Below, one piece after another: positions 7,786 to 15,642 of a DNA stretch of 64,000 nt. The translations under genes and the position numbers were made by a program. The stretch lies in assembly GCA_036796535.1 (NCBI GenBank), contig DAIRCT010000005.1:574-64573 (forward strand), given 5' to 3'. Within the stretch, counting starts at the first letter, position 1; each line of letters begins with the position of its first letter. This stretch comes from Ignavibacteriaceae bacterium. GTDB lineage: Bacteria; Bacteroidota; Ignavibacteria; Ignavibacteriales; Ignavibacteriaceae. The notes beneath the pieces are model-generated. The model saw nothing but the letters and a program-made list of their open reading frames with translations. It was not told the origin of the DNA and ran no database searches.

Positions 7786-8435
7786 AAAAGTTTTTTTCAA
7801 ATCTTAACCTGAATAAAAAACTTGCAGTGATAGCAATTACACTTGGCGTTATTGCTTTGTTTGCAGGTGATCCTTACGGCGGAACTACAATTAAAGTAAA
7901 TGAAAAAGATATTGCCTTATCAACCGTTGGGAATTCTGATAAAGTATCTGTAACTGAGTTAGCAGATTGGATAATTAAAGATAAATCAGATTTTGAGTTG
8001 GTTGATTTACGAAGCGAAGAAAAGTTTAATGAGTATTCAATTCCAAATGCAATATCTATACCGCTTACACAATTATCTGCATCTGATCTTAGAAGAAACC
8101 AAAAAATAGTTTTATACTCTGATGATAATATTACTGCTTCGCAGGCATGGTTTATTCTTAAATCCAAGAATTATAAAGGCGTATATATACTTGATGGCGG
8201 ATTGAATGCGTGGAAAGAAAAAGTTCTATTTCCCAAAGCTCCTGTTAACGGAAATAAAGAAGATCTCGCTCAATTTGAAAAAATGAAAGAAGTTGCAAAG
8301 TATTTTGGTGGTCAAGCTCAAACAGATTCTTTAGTAACAGAAGCCAAACAAGAAATAAAACTTCCTGTTTCTACTGGAGGAACCACAAAAACAACTGCAC
8401 CGACAGGGAAGAAAAAGAAAAGGGAAGGATGTTAA
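7782..8435 (+). CDS. Membrane-anchored rhodanese-like domain protein lacking the active-site cysteine; single Cys is the C-terminal residue
   Basis: 217 aa. N-terminal TM segment LAVIAITLGVIALFA. Rhodanese-like core (ELVDLRSEEKFNEYSIPNAISIP...IVLYSDDNITASQAWFILK...LDGGLNAWKE). The active-site loop position reads YSDDNITAS. Tail is TGGTTKTTAPTGKKKKREGC-stop. 4-nt overlap with the upstream gene. Confidence 0.7.
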   Translation: MKKFFSNLNLNKKLAVIAITLGVIALFAGDPYGGTTIKVNEKDIALSTVGNSDKVSVTELADWIIKDKSDFELVDLRSEEKFNEYSIPNAISIPLTQLSASDLRRNQKIVLYSDDNITASQAWFILKSKNYKGVYILDGGLNAWKEKVLFPKAPVNGNKEDLAQFEKMKEVAKYFGGQAQTDSLVTEAKQEIKLPVSTGGTTKTTAPTGKKKKREGC

Positions 8436-8498
8436 AAAATTAAAAATTAAAAATGCACAATTAACAATTGAGTGAACTAAATTACTTTTTAATCATCT

Positions 8499-8703
8499 GT
8501 CATCCTGAGCGAAGTCAAAGGATGACCTGAACTAAATTCAGTCACACTTCGACTGAGTTTATCCCGATTTGTATCGGGGCGCTGGGTGACGATAACAGTT
8601 TTGCATAATATCAATTAAAGATGAGACGTCATCTCCGAAGACGGGAGATGAAACAATATAGAAGTTCCTTAAATGGTTGCACTTCGTCAATACTTAGTGT
8701 GAC
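8499..8703. repeat. Cluster of intergenic hairpin/palindrome modules (GTCATCC...GGATGAC type)
   Basis: GTCATCC-N14-GGATGAC at 8499-8526. GTCAC...CCCGATttgtATCGGG...GTGAC at 8541-8590. CATCTCCgaagacgGGAGATG at 8630-8650. Long-range pair GTCACACT 8541-8548 / AGTGTGAC 8696-8703. Confidence 0.8.
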
Positions 8704-8743
8704 ATAGTGTTCTAAATAAAATATATAAAACAGAGGAGTTAGT

Positions 8744-10003
8744 ATGAAAAAAATGTTTCTTGTTCTATTGTTGATGTTTGGATTTGCAATCCAAACTGCA
8801 TTCGCTACTGATGGCTATTATCGCCATGGTTATGGGATCAAATATTCAGCACTAGCAGGATCAGGTGTTGCTGTGTCATTAAGCTCACTTGGTGCAATTA
8901 CAAATCCTGCAGTAATATCCAATCTGAATTCTGGATTTGAAATTAACGTTTCATATTTCAGCCCGAACAGATATTATGAAGTATTTGGAAATCCAAGCGG
9001 CTTCCCCGGCACGTTTGGTTTAATGCCTGGTAAAGTTGAAAGTGAAAAAACATCTTTCTTCTTTCCATCAATAGGTGCAAACCTAAAATTAGCTGATAAT
9101 ATGGCAATAGGTTTATCAATTTATGGTAATGGTGGAATGAATTCTGATTATCCCACAAAAACATTCGGTGATCCCTTTTCACCTTCAACCGGTGTAAATA
9201 TCGAACAAATGTTCGGTAATCTTTCATTTGCGTATAATTTTGCTAATAACCAATCTTTTGGTGTTGCTGCAATTTTGGGCTGGCAAAGATTTGCTGCTAA
9301 AGGTTTAGTTGGATTTAGTAACTTTTCTGCTGATCCTGCAAATTTAACTGGCAATTCCTGGTCATCGGCTTTTGGGTTTGGGTTTAAGGTTGGCTATCAG
9401 GGGCAGTGGTTAAAGGATGTAAGATTCGGTGCTTCATATCAATCAAAATTATATATGGGTGAGTTTGAAAGATATGCAGGACTTTTTGCTCAGCAGGGAG
9501 ATTTTGATGTTCCAGCTAACTGGCAGGCTGGTTTTGCATTTACCCCCGGTGACTGGAAATTTTTAGTTGATGTAAAACAAATTCTTTACAGCGGAATAAA
9601 ATCGGTTGCTAATCCGCTATTGCCAAATTTAATGACTGCTAAACTTGGTACTGATGGCGGAGCAGGATTTGGTTGGAAAGATATTTTTATCTTTAAATAT
9701 GGAATGGTTTATTCAGGATTTTGTGGTTGGGATTTAATGGCAGGATATTCAATCGGTCAAAATCCAATTAGTGATACCGAAGTTCTTTTCAATATACTTG
9801 CCCCAGCAGTTATTGAAAACCAGTTGACTCTTGGTATAACAAAGAAATTAGCAAATAAACAAGAAGTAACAGTTGCATTTATGTATGCATTTGAAAATTC
9901 AGTAAAAGGAAAGAATCCATTAGAGGCACCCAATCAACAATCAATTGAGATTGGTATGAAGCAATGGCAGGTTGAAATTGGTTATGCTTTCGGTAGTTTC
10001 TAA
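8744..10003 (+). CDS. Outer-membrane beta-barrel channel, FadL/OmpP1/TodX-like (hydrophobic compound transport family)
   Basis: 419 aa. Signal peptide ends AFA. Mature N-terminus TDGYYRHGYGIKYSALAGSGVAV is typical of this family as I recall it. Alternating beta-strand pattern and C-terminal Phe. Confidence 0.6.
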   Translation: MKKMFLVLLLMFGFAIQTAFATDGYYRHGYGIKYSALAGSGVAVSLSSLGAITNPAVISNLNSGFEINVSYFSPNRYYEVFGNPSGFPGTFGLMPGKVESEKTSFFFPSIGANLKLADNMAIGLSIYGNGGMNSDYPTKTFGDPFSPSTGVNIEQMFGNLSFAYNFANNQSFGVAAILGWQRFAAKGLVGFSNFSADPANLTGNSWSSAFGFGFKVGYQGQWLKDVRFGASYQSKLYMGEFERYAGLFAQQGDFDVPANWQAGFAFTPGDWKFLVDVKQILYSGIKSVANPLLPNLMTAKLGTDGGAGFGWKDIFIFKYGMVYSGFCGWDLMAGYSIGQNPISDTEVLFNILAPAVIENQLTLGITKKLANKQEVTVAFMYAFENSVKGKNPLEAPNQQSIEIGMKQWQVEIGYAFGSF

Positions 10004-10024
10004 TTAATTCCTTTCAGGTTAGTT

Positions 10025-10056
10025 AAGGGCATCTAAATGATGCCCTTTTATTTTTG
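10025..10056 (+). terminator. Rho-independent terminator
   Basis: AAGGGCATC-taaat-GATGCCCTT followed by TTATTTTTG, 22 nt after the stop at 10003. Confidence 0.75.
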
Positions 10057-10075
10057 ATTTATTCAAAGGAGAATT

Positions 10076-11161
10076 ATGAAAAAATTATTTTCACTTCTAT
10101 TCATTTTAAGTTTACTCACATTTTCTTTCGCTGCCGATCACGGAATGTATATGCTGACTGTAAAAAATATTAAAGGCAATTACTCAAGTGTTTGCGAGCA
10201 GGTAAAACAAACTATTCAATCTGCAGGTTTTAGAATTCTTGCTGATAGAGAAATTACAACACCTGATAGGGTTAAGAAAGATCAAAAAGATCTTTGTGGA
10301 TATAAAGGTAAGTTATTAGTTTTTACAAGTGATGACTATATTAAACTTCTAACATCATTTGGAAATAAATATCTTACAGCATCTATGCTAAGAGTTGGAG
10401 TGCACGAAACAAATGAGGGAATTCAAATTATAATAGCAGATCCGGAAACCATAAATCGTATTATCTTTAATGATTTAAATGATGATCAGTATAACAAAAT
10501 TATTAAAAGCACACTACCTTATAAAAATAAAATTATTGATGCACTTCATTCATTAAAACTTGGTACAAATGTTAAGGAAGCCCGGGAGCCAAAACGAAGT
10601 ACAGATGATTTACGAGATGCATCCAAAGATATGATTATGATGGTTGGTGATATGACATTCTTTGAAGATGAAGATCAGTTTCCAGAAATCTATTCGCAGA
10701 AAAATGATGTAACAATTGAGGGATTAGAAAAACTAAAACAAAAACTTTATGCTAACATTAAAAACTTTTCGCCAAATAAAGAAGATAAAGAATACAGATG
10801 GACAGCAGATCCGAAGGAAGATTTAAAATTGAAAGTTGTTGGTGAAGTTTATTCGCCGGATAAAAAAGCAATTCTTTTTGGACTAACAAGAAATCAAACC
10901 GAAGGAGTTTCATTTTATATTGTTGGAAACTCGACTAAAGAGAATAGTTGTCCCGGTCTCGATCATTTGACTGCTTATCCTATTGAAGTTTTATTAATGA
11001 TTAAAGACGATAAGATTGTCGTACACACTCCAAGAGAAATGTTCAGAATGGATATGTACTTTTGGGATGCAGGTATGGGTGCTTTTATGAATCATATGAG
11101 CATGCCCGGAATACTTGATGAATCAATTTATCGGGCATTGTTTGCGAAGGATAAAGATTAA
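10076..11161 (+). CDS. Exported protein of unknown function
   Basis: 361 aa, signal peptide MKKLFSLLFILSLLTFSFA. No motif I can assign with confidence. Confidence 0.6.
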   Translation: MKKLFSLLFILSLLTFSFAADHGMYMLTVKNIKGNYSSVCEQVKQTIQSAGFRILADREITTPDRVKKDQKDLCGYKGKLLVFTSDDYIKLLTSFGNKYLTASMLRVGVHETNEGIQIIIADPETINRIIFNDLNDDQYNKIIKSTLPYKNKIIDALHSLKLGTNVKEAREPKRSTDDLRDASKDMIMMVGDMTFFEDEDQFPEIYSQKNDVTIEGLEKLKQKLYANIKNFSPNKEDKEYRWTADPKEDLKLKVVGEVYSPDKKAILFGLTRNQTEGVSFYIVGNSTKENSCPGLDHLTAYPIEVLLMIKDDKIVVHTPREMFRMDMYFWDAGMGAFMNHMSMPGILDESIYRALFAKDKD

Positions 11162-11187
11162 AAAGTATTTTTAGTCTTGAATTTTGA

Positions 11188-11217
11188 AGAGCATCATAGT
11201 TCTGATGCTCTTTTTTT
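11188..11217. terminator. Bidirectional rho-independent terminator between convergent genes
   Basis: AGAGCATCA-tagttc-TGATGCTCT, flanked by A/T runs on both sides. It sits between the stops at 11161 (+) and 11216 (-). Confidence 0.7.
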
Positions 11218-11530
11218 ATTTTTTATCAAGCACATCATCAACCCAGCTCATAGCAGCCATTGTTGATGGTAAACCAATTGTTGGCAAAGCAAGTAAAACT
11301 GTTTGTCGTATCTCTTCTTTAGAAATACCTAATTCAATTGCTTTGCGTGTATGTGAATGGACCGCACCTTCCAATCCGGCACCTGCAGATATTGCAAGTT
11401 TTATAAGTGACCTTGTTTTGTCATCAAGAGGGCCTGAACTATGGACTGCATTTCCGAGCTTTTCATAAGCAGATGCAATATCAGGATAATCCTGCTTCAA
11501 TCTTTCAAAACGTTTGGGTAACTGAGGCAT
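11216..11530 (-). CDS. Carboxymuconolactone decarboxylase (CMD/AhpD-like) family protein, Cys-free
   Basis: 104 aa. Motif pattern LDDKTRSLIKLAISAGAGLEGAVHSHTRKAIELGISKEEI is typical of CMD-family proteins. No CxxC. Confidence 0.75.
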   Translation of the reverse strand: MPQLPKRFERLKQDYPDIASAYEKLGNAVHSSGPLDDKTRSLIKLAISAGAGLEGAVHSHTRKAIELGISKEEIRQTVLLALPTIGLPSTMAAMSWVDDVLDKK

Positions 11531-11589
11531 TTGTTTTCTCCTTTTAATTGTTGTTAAAAATTACTTTAATCCAAAAAAATAATTCTCTG

Positions 11590-11657
11590 CTTCCTTTCAG
11601 GATGACCGGATTAGTGAGTTAAATTTGAATGTCAAGTTGAGTGAAGTCAAAGCTGAT
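11590..11657. repeat. Intergenic hairpin-repeat fragments (same vocabulary as the 8499 cluster, partly inverted)
   Basis: TCAGGATGAC at 11597-11606 is the reverse complement of GTCATCCTGA. GTCAAGTTGAGTGAAGTCAAAGCTGAT at 11631-11657 resembles GTCATCCTGAGCGAAGTCAAAGGATGAC at 8499. Confidence 0.6.
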
Positions 11658-11765
11658 AATTTTTATTAACTGTTAATTCTATAAAATAACATTTTCATAT
11701 AATACGTATTTTTTAACATACCGGTCGAGTAAAAAAATATACGAAATATATAAGTAAACTTTTGG

Positions 11766-11792
11766 ATTCCTGCTTTTGCAGGAATGACATAC
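11766..11792. repeat. Short hairpin module ATTCCTGC-tttt-GCAGGAAT + TGACATACC (3' module of the structured repeat family); possible terminator for the minus-strand operon
   Basis: The stem-loop at 11766-11785 lies 12 nt beyond the stop of the 11797..12864 gene. The ATGACATACC end is identical to the end of the 14823-14918 element. Confidence 0.6.
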
Positions 11793-11796
11793 CGGC

Positions 11797-12864
11797 TTAC
11801 TTACTTAACAATAAATAATAAAACGAAGTTGATAAAAAATAACGAATTCTTTTTAATCCTTTTTTTTCAGAAGAGTTTTTCCAGCAATAAGATACTATCT
11901 TTTTAAATGCTGGAAACATATTCATTATCTCATCTATGTCTTTCGCATAAGTTGATTTTTTATCTGCTAAATATTTTTGAAATATTTTTTTTACAATTGG
12001 AGCAAGAAGGGCATACCAAAGCACCGTTAAAATAATTGATCTTAACAGCATTATAATTATTTCAAATGAGGTAATTTCTTTTTCAGCGGGATGAAGATAT
12101 GAAATAATTAAAACCACTAATGAGATTGCTAAAATGGTTAATCCGGTTGGACGAAATATCCAATTTTTCTTTTTCTTCTTTTTATCTCTATTAGGAATAT
12201 CATCCCCGTCTTTAAAAACTATATTGGAGATTTGCTTAGAATAATAATTAATTTTTTGGGGAAGAGTCCCTGCATAAAATCCTATAAAAATCCCGGCAGC
12301 AAAGTGAATTAAAACATATAATCCGATAAGCAAATATCCGTAGTTAATGTCAGGATTCAATCCTAAACTTAAAAATTCATTTGAAACTTGCTTGATAAAA
12401 ATATTTAGCGATTTCCATAGTGTATTTCCAAATAAAACTGTTAACACAACAATTTTTTGCAACCCTGAAAAAAGTAAAGTGAGTATCCCAAGAATTAATG
12501 CAGAGCTTCGGTAAAAATATTTTGTTATGAATAGCAAGTAACCAAGCAAGCCCTGAATACTTACAGCAAGGTAAGCCGTTAACGGTGTATGAGGACTAAC
12601 TAAAGCTTTAATCAAAATTACAATCAATGTTGATTTGAGAATTTCTTTACTACTTTTTGAGAAAAGAGCAATTAGTGAAATGAACAAAACAGCGGCAGAA
12701 CTAATAAATATGCCGCGCAGCGGGATTGTTAATGCGTGCAGTATCCCGCCGAATGCAGATTCACTAAAAGCCCAAAGAGCAGTAATTTTAAAAATAGAGA
12801 TTTGATAATCTTGATCACCACTGTTTGAAATGGATTTATTTTCTATTGCTGAATCTAAAATCAT
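11797..12864 (-). CDS. Polytopic membrane protein of unknown function
   Basis: 355 aa with at least 8 hydrophobic segments split by a Lys-rich loop (RDKKKKKKNW). 4-nt overlap with the upstream rhodanese gene. Confidence 0.65.
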   Translation of the reverse strand: MILDSAIENKSISNSGDQDYQISIFKITALWAFSESAFGGILHALTIPLRGIFISSAAVLFISLIALFSKSSKEILKSTLIVILIKALVSPHTPLTAYLAVSIQGLLGYLLFITKYFYRSSALILGILTLLFSGLQKIVVLTVLFGNTLWKSLNIFIKQVSNEFLSLGLNPDINYGYLLIGLYVLIHFAAGIFIGFYAGTLPQKINYYSKQISNIVFKDGDDIPNRDKKKKKKNWIFRPTGLTILAISLVVLIISYLHPAEKEITSFEIIIMLLRSIILTVLWYALLAPIVKKIFQKYLADKKSTYAKDIDEIMNMFPAFKKIVSYCWKNSSEKKGLKRIRYFLSTSFYYLLLSK

Positions 12865-13178
12865 TTTTCTAATACTTCATTCCAGGATAAAATTCCTTCT
12901 TGAAGATGATGAACTTTTTCGAATCCCATTTGAAGCATAAAATTTCCTGCATGATAACTTCTGTGCCCGCTTCTACAGTAGATATAATAATTTTTACTTT
13001 TATCCAGTTCTTTAATTCTATTTTGAAAATTTGGATGATAAATATCAATCAAAATAGAATTAGGAATATGACCTGCATAAAATTCTTCTGGTGTTCGTAC
13101 ATCAATGATGACAGCTAAACTATCTGTAGAAATTTTATTTAAAAAATCTGTTGAGCTAAGATTTATTACTTTATCCAT
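12861..13178 (-). CDS. Single-domain rhodanese (sulfurtransferase) with intact active-site loop
   Basis: 105 aa, active-site loop YIYCRSGHRS. Confidence 0.85.
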   Translation of the reverse strand: MDKVINLSSTDFLNKISTDSLAVIIDVRTPEEFYAGHIPNSILIDIYHPNFQNRIKELDKSKNYYIYCRSGHRSYHAGNFMLQMGFEKVHHLQEGILSWNEVLEK

Positions 13179-13404
13179 TCTATCTCATAATTGTTTATAT
13201 ATGTGTAAAATTTAAGTGTAAATATAGAATTATTTTGGATTATTACGCTTTAAGTTTTGTCAGCCCTTCAAAATATTGAGAGATATAGATTTGTAAAATC
13301 CGTCTTGACTGATAGGTCATAAATGTGATAACTCTCATTTTTATTTTTTTAGTTACTGCATATATTTCGCACGCAAAATCAACTAATCAAGGTCTAAAAG
13401 GTAA

Positions 13405-14808
13405 ATGTCGAATAAATATCAAATCGCTATTTTAGGCGGTGGTCCTGGAGGTTATGTTGCAGCTATAAGAGCAGCGCAATTAGGATTTAAAACCGTCATC
13501 ATTGATAAGGATAATTTAGGCGGAATTTGTTTGAATTGGGGCTGCATTCCAACAAAATCTCTTTTAAGAAATGTTGAGATTTTTGATAATGTTAAAACTC
13601 ATGGTAAAGAATTCGGGATCTATACAAAAGACCTTTCATTCAACTTTTCTGAGATAATAAAACGAAGCAGAGATATAGCTGATCGAATCAGTAAAAATGT
13701 TGAAATGCTTATTAAGAAAAATAAGGTTGATAGAATTCGTGGATTTGGTAAACTAATCAGTCAGAATGAAATTATTGTCCTAGATAAAGATGGTAAACAA
13801 ATTGAATCTGTCAATGCGGATAATATTATCATAGCTACAGGTGCCAGACCAAAAGTTTTTCCAAATATTCCCGTTGATAGAAAAAATATCATTACAAGTA
13901 CAGAGGCAATGTCTTTATCAGAGCAGCCAAAAGAAATGATTATCATAGGTGCTGGTGCAATCGGAATTGAGTTTGCATATTTCTATTCTGTGTTAGGGAC
14001 AAAAGTAACTGTTATAGAAATGCTTGATAATATTCTTCCTGTTGAAGATGTCGAAGTATCCAAAACACTGGAGAAAAGTTTTAAGAAGCGTGGAATCGAA
14101 ATCTACACTAAGACTATAGTTGAAAAAGCTGAAGTAAAAGAGAATAAAGTTTTGGTTACTATAAATCAAAATGGACAGAGAAAAGAATTAATTGCAGATA
14201 AAGTTTTAAGTGCAATTGGTGTAACAGGAAATGTTGAAGGATTTGGTTTGGAAGAATTGGGTGTTGAACTTTTCAAAAATCACATCAAGGTTGATAAGAA
14301 AACTTATCAGACAAATATTAAAAATATTTATGCAATAGGTGATGTGATTGGTCCGCCCTGGTTAGCACACGTAGCATCTGCAGAAGGAATACATTGTGTT
14401 GAAGGTATTAAAGGAATCAAAAATCCAGAAGTAGATTATGAAAATATTCCCGGCTGTACTTACTGCCAGCCGCAAGTTGCAAGCGTTGGATTAACTGAAT
14501 CAAAAGCAATCGAGCTTGGCTATGAATTGAAGATAGGTAAGTTTCCTTTTATGGCAAGCGGCAAAGCATTTGCAGTTGGTGAACGAGAAGGATTTGTTAA
14601 ATTGATTTTTGATGCAAAATATGGAGAGCTTCTCGGCGGTCATATTATTGGAAGTGAAGCAACAGAACTTATTGCTGAAGTGGTTTTAGCTAGAGCAATG
14701 GAAGCAACTGGGCATTCAATTATTAAAACAGTTCACGCTCATCCAACTTTATCTGAATCAGTTATGGAAGCTGCAGCAAATGCTTATGGTGAGGCAATAC
14801 ATATTTGA
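13405..14808 (+). CDS. lpdA: Dihydrolipoyl dehydrogenase (E3)
   Basis: 467 aa. GGGPGGYVAAIRAAQLG FAD fold, redox-active CLNWGCIPTK, C-terminal HAHPTLSE. Confidence 0.95.
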   Translation: MSNKYQIAILGGGPGGYVAAIRAAQLGFKTVIIDKDNLGGICLNWGCIPTKSLLRNVEIFDNVKTHGKEFGIYTKDLSFNFSEIIKRSRDIADRISKNVEMLIKKNKVDRIRGFGKLISQNEIIVLDKDGKQIESVNADNIIIATGARPKVFPNIPVDRKNIITSTEAMSLSEQPKEMIIIGAGAIGIEFAYFYSVLGTKVTVIEMLDNILPVEDVEVSKTLEKSFKKRGIEIYTKTIVEKAEVKENKVLVTINQNGQRKELIADKVLSAIGVTGNVEGFGLEELGVELFKNHIKVDKKTYQTNIKNIYAIGDVIGPPWLAHVASAEGIHCVEGIKGIKNPEVDYENIPGCTYCQPQVASVGLTESKAIELGYELKIGKFPFMASGKAFAVGEREGFVKLIFDAKYGELLGGHIIGSEATELIAEVVLARAMEATGHSIIKTVHAHPTLSESVMEAAANAYGEAIHI

Positions 14809-14822
14809 GTTTGACGTGAAAA

Positions 14823-14918
14823 CATCATTGCGAAGGATTCGCCGCGGCGAACTCGAGTGAAGCAATCTAAATTTATTTGGCAGATTGCTTCTCCCGATAA
14901 ATCGGGATCGCAATGACA
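14823..14918. repeat. Modular multi-palindromic intergenic repeat element (~95 bp), archetype copy
   Basis: Outer stem TCATTGCGA (14825-14833) / TCGCAATGA (14908-14916). Inner palindromes are TTCGCCGCGGCGAA, GAAGCAATCT-N13-AGATTGCTTC and CCCGATaaATCGGG. Confidence 0.9.
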
Positions 14919-14931
14919 TACCAAGAAGAAT

Positions 14932-15633
14932 ATGAATAAAGAACCAAGAAAATTAGTTTATTGTGATTTAGGTTTAATAGATTACAAAGAAGCATGGGAT
15001 TTGCAAAAATCTGTTCATCAACTTAAAACAGAAAATAAAATTGATGATGTACTTTTCTTGTTAGAACATCCACACACATACACTTTGGGTAAAACTGCGG
15101 ATAAAGAAAATCTTGTTGGTGGCGATGAATATTTAACTGAAAATAATATTTCTGTTTATGACATCGATCGGGGTGGAGATATAACTTATCACGGACCGGG
15201 ACAGATTGTTGGTTATCCGATAATTAGTTTGACAAATTGGAATCAGGATACACATAAATATTTAAGAGCTATCGAAGAAGTAATTATTAAAGTTTGTGAT
15301 GAATATGGTTTGGATGCAAGTCGTGTTGAAAAGTACACCGGCGTTTGGATCGCTGATAGAAAAATTTGTGCAATAGGAATTAAAGTTAGCAGATGGATTA
15401 CAATGCATGGCTTTGCATTTAATGTCAATACCGATCTGAAATTGTTTAAAGGAATTATTCCTTGTGGAATCAGTGATAAAGATGTTACATCATTAAATCT
15501 TGAATTGAAAAAAGAAATAAATTTAGGCGAAGTAAAAGAACGAATTCTTCATCAATTTAGTGTAATATTCAATTATGATCAGATAGAATTAATATCAAAA
15601 AATGAAATATTTAATCTAATTTATAATAGTTAA
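14932..15633 (+). CDS. lipB: Lipoyl(octanoyl) transferase
   Basis: 233 aa. Motifs LLEHPHTYTLGK, RGGDITYHGPGQIVGYP, KICAIGIKV. Confidence 0.9.
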   Translation: MNKEPRKLVYCDLGLIDYKEAWDLQKSVHQLKTENKIDDVLFLLEHPHTYTLGKTADKENLVGGDEYLTENNISVYDIDRGGDITYHGPGQIVGYPIISLTNWNQDTHKYLRAIEEVIIKVCDEYGLDASRVEKYTGVWIADRKICAIGIKVSRWITMHGFAFNVNTDLKLFKGIIPCGISDKDVTSLNLELKKEINLGEVKERILHQFSVIFNYDQIELISKNEIFNLIYNS

Positions 15634-15642
15634 TATATTTTT

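Noticed and set aside
11184-11468. 94-aa plus-strand ORF
   Set aside because: It is antisense to the CMD-family gene (11216..11530), which has a clear family pattern. The plus-strand ORF begins inside the bidirectional terminator.
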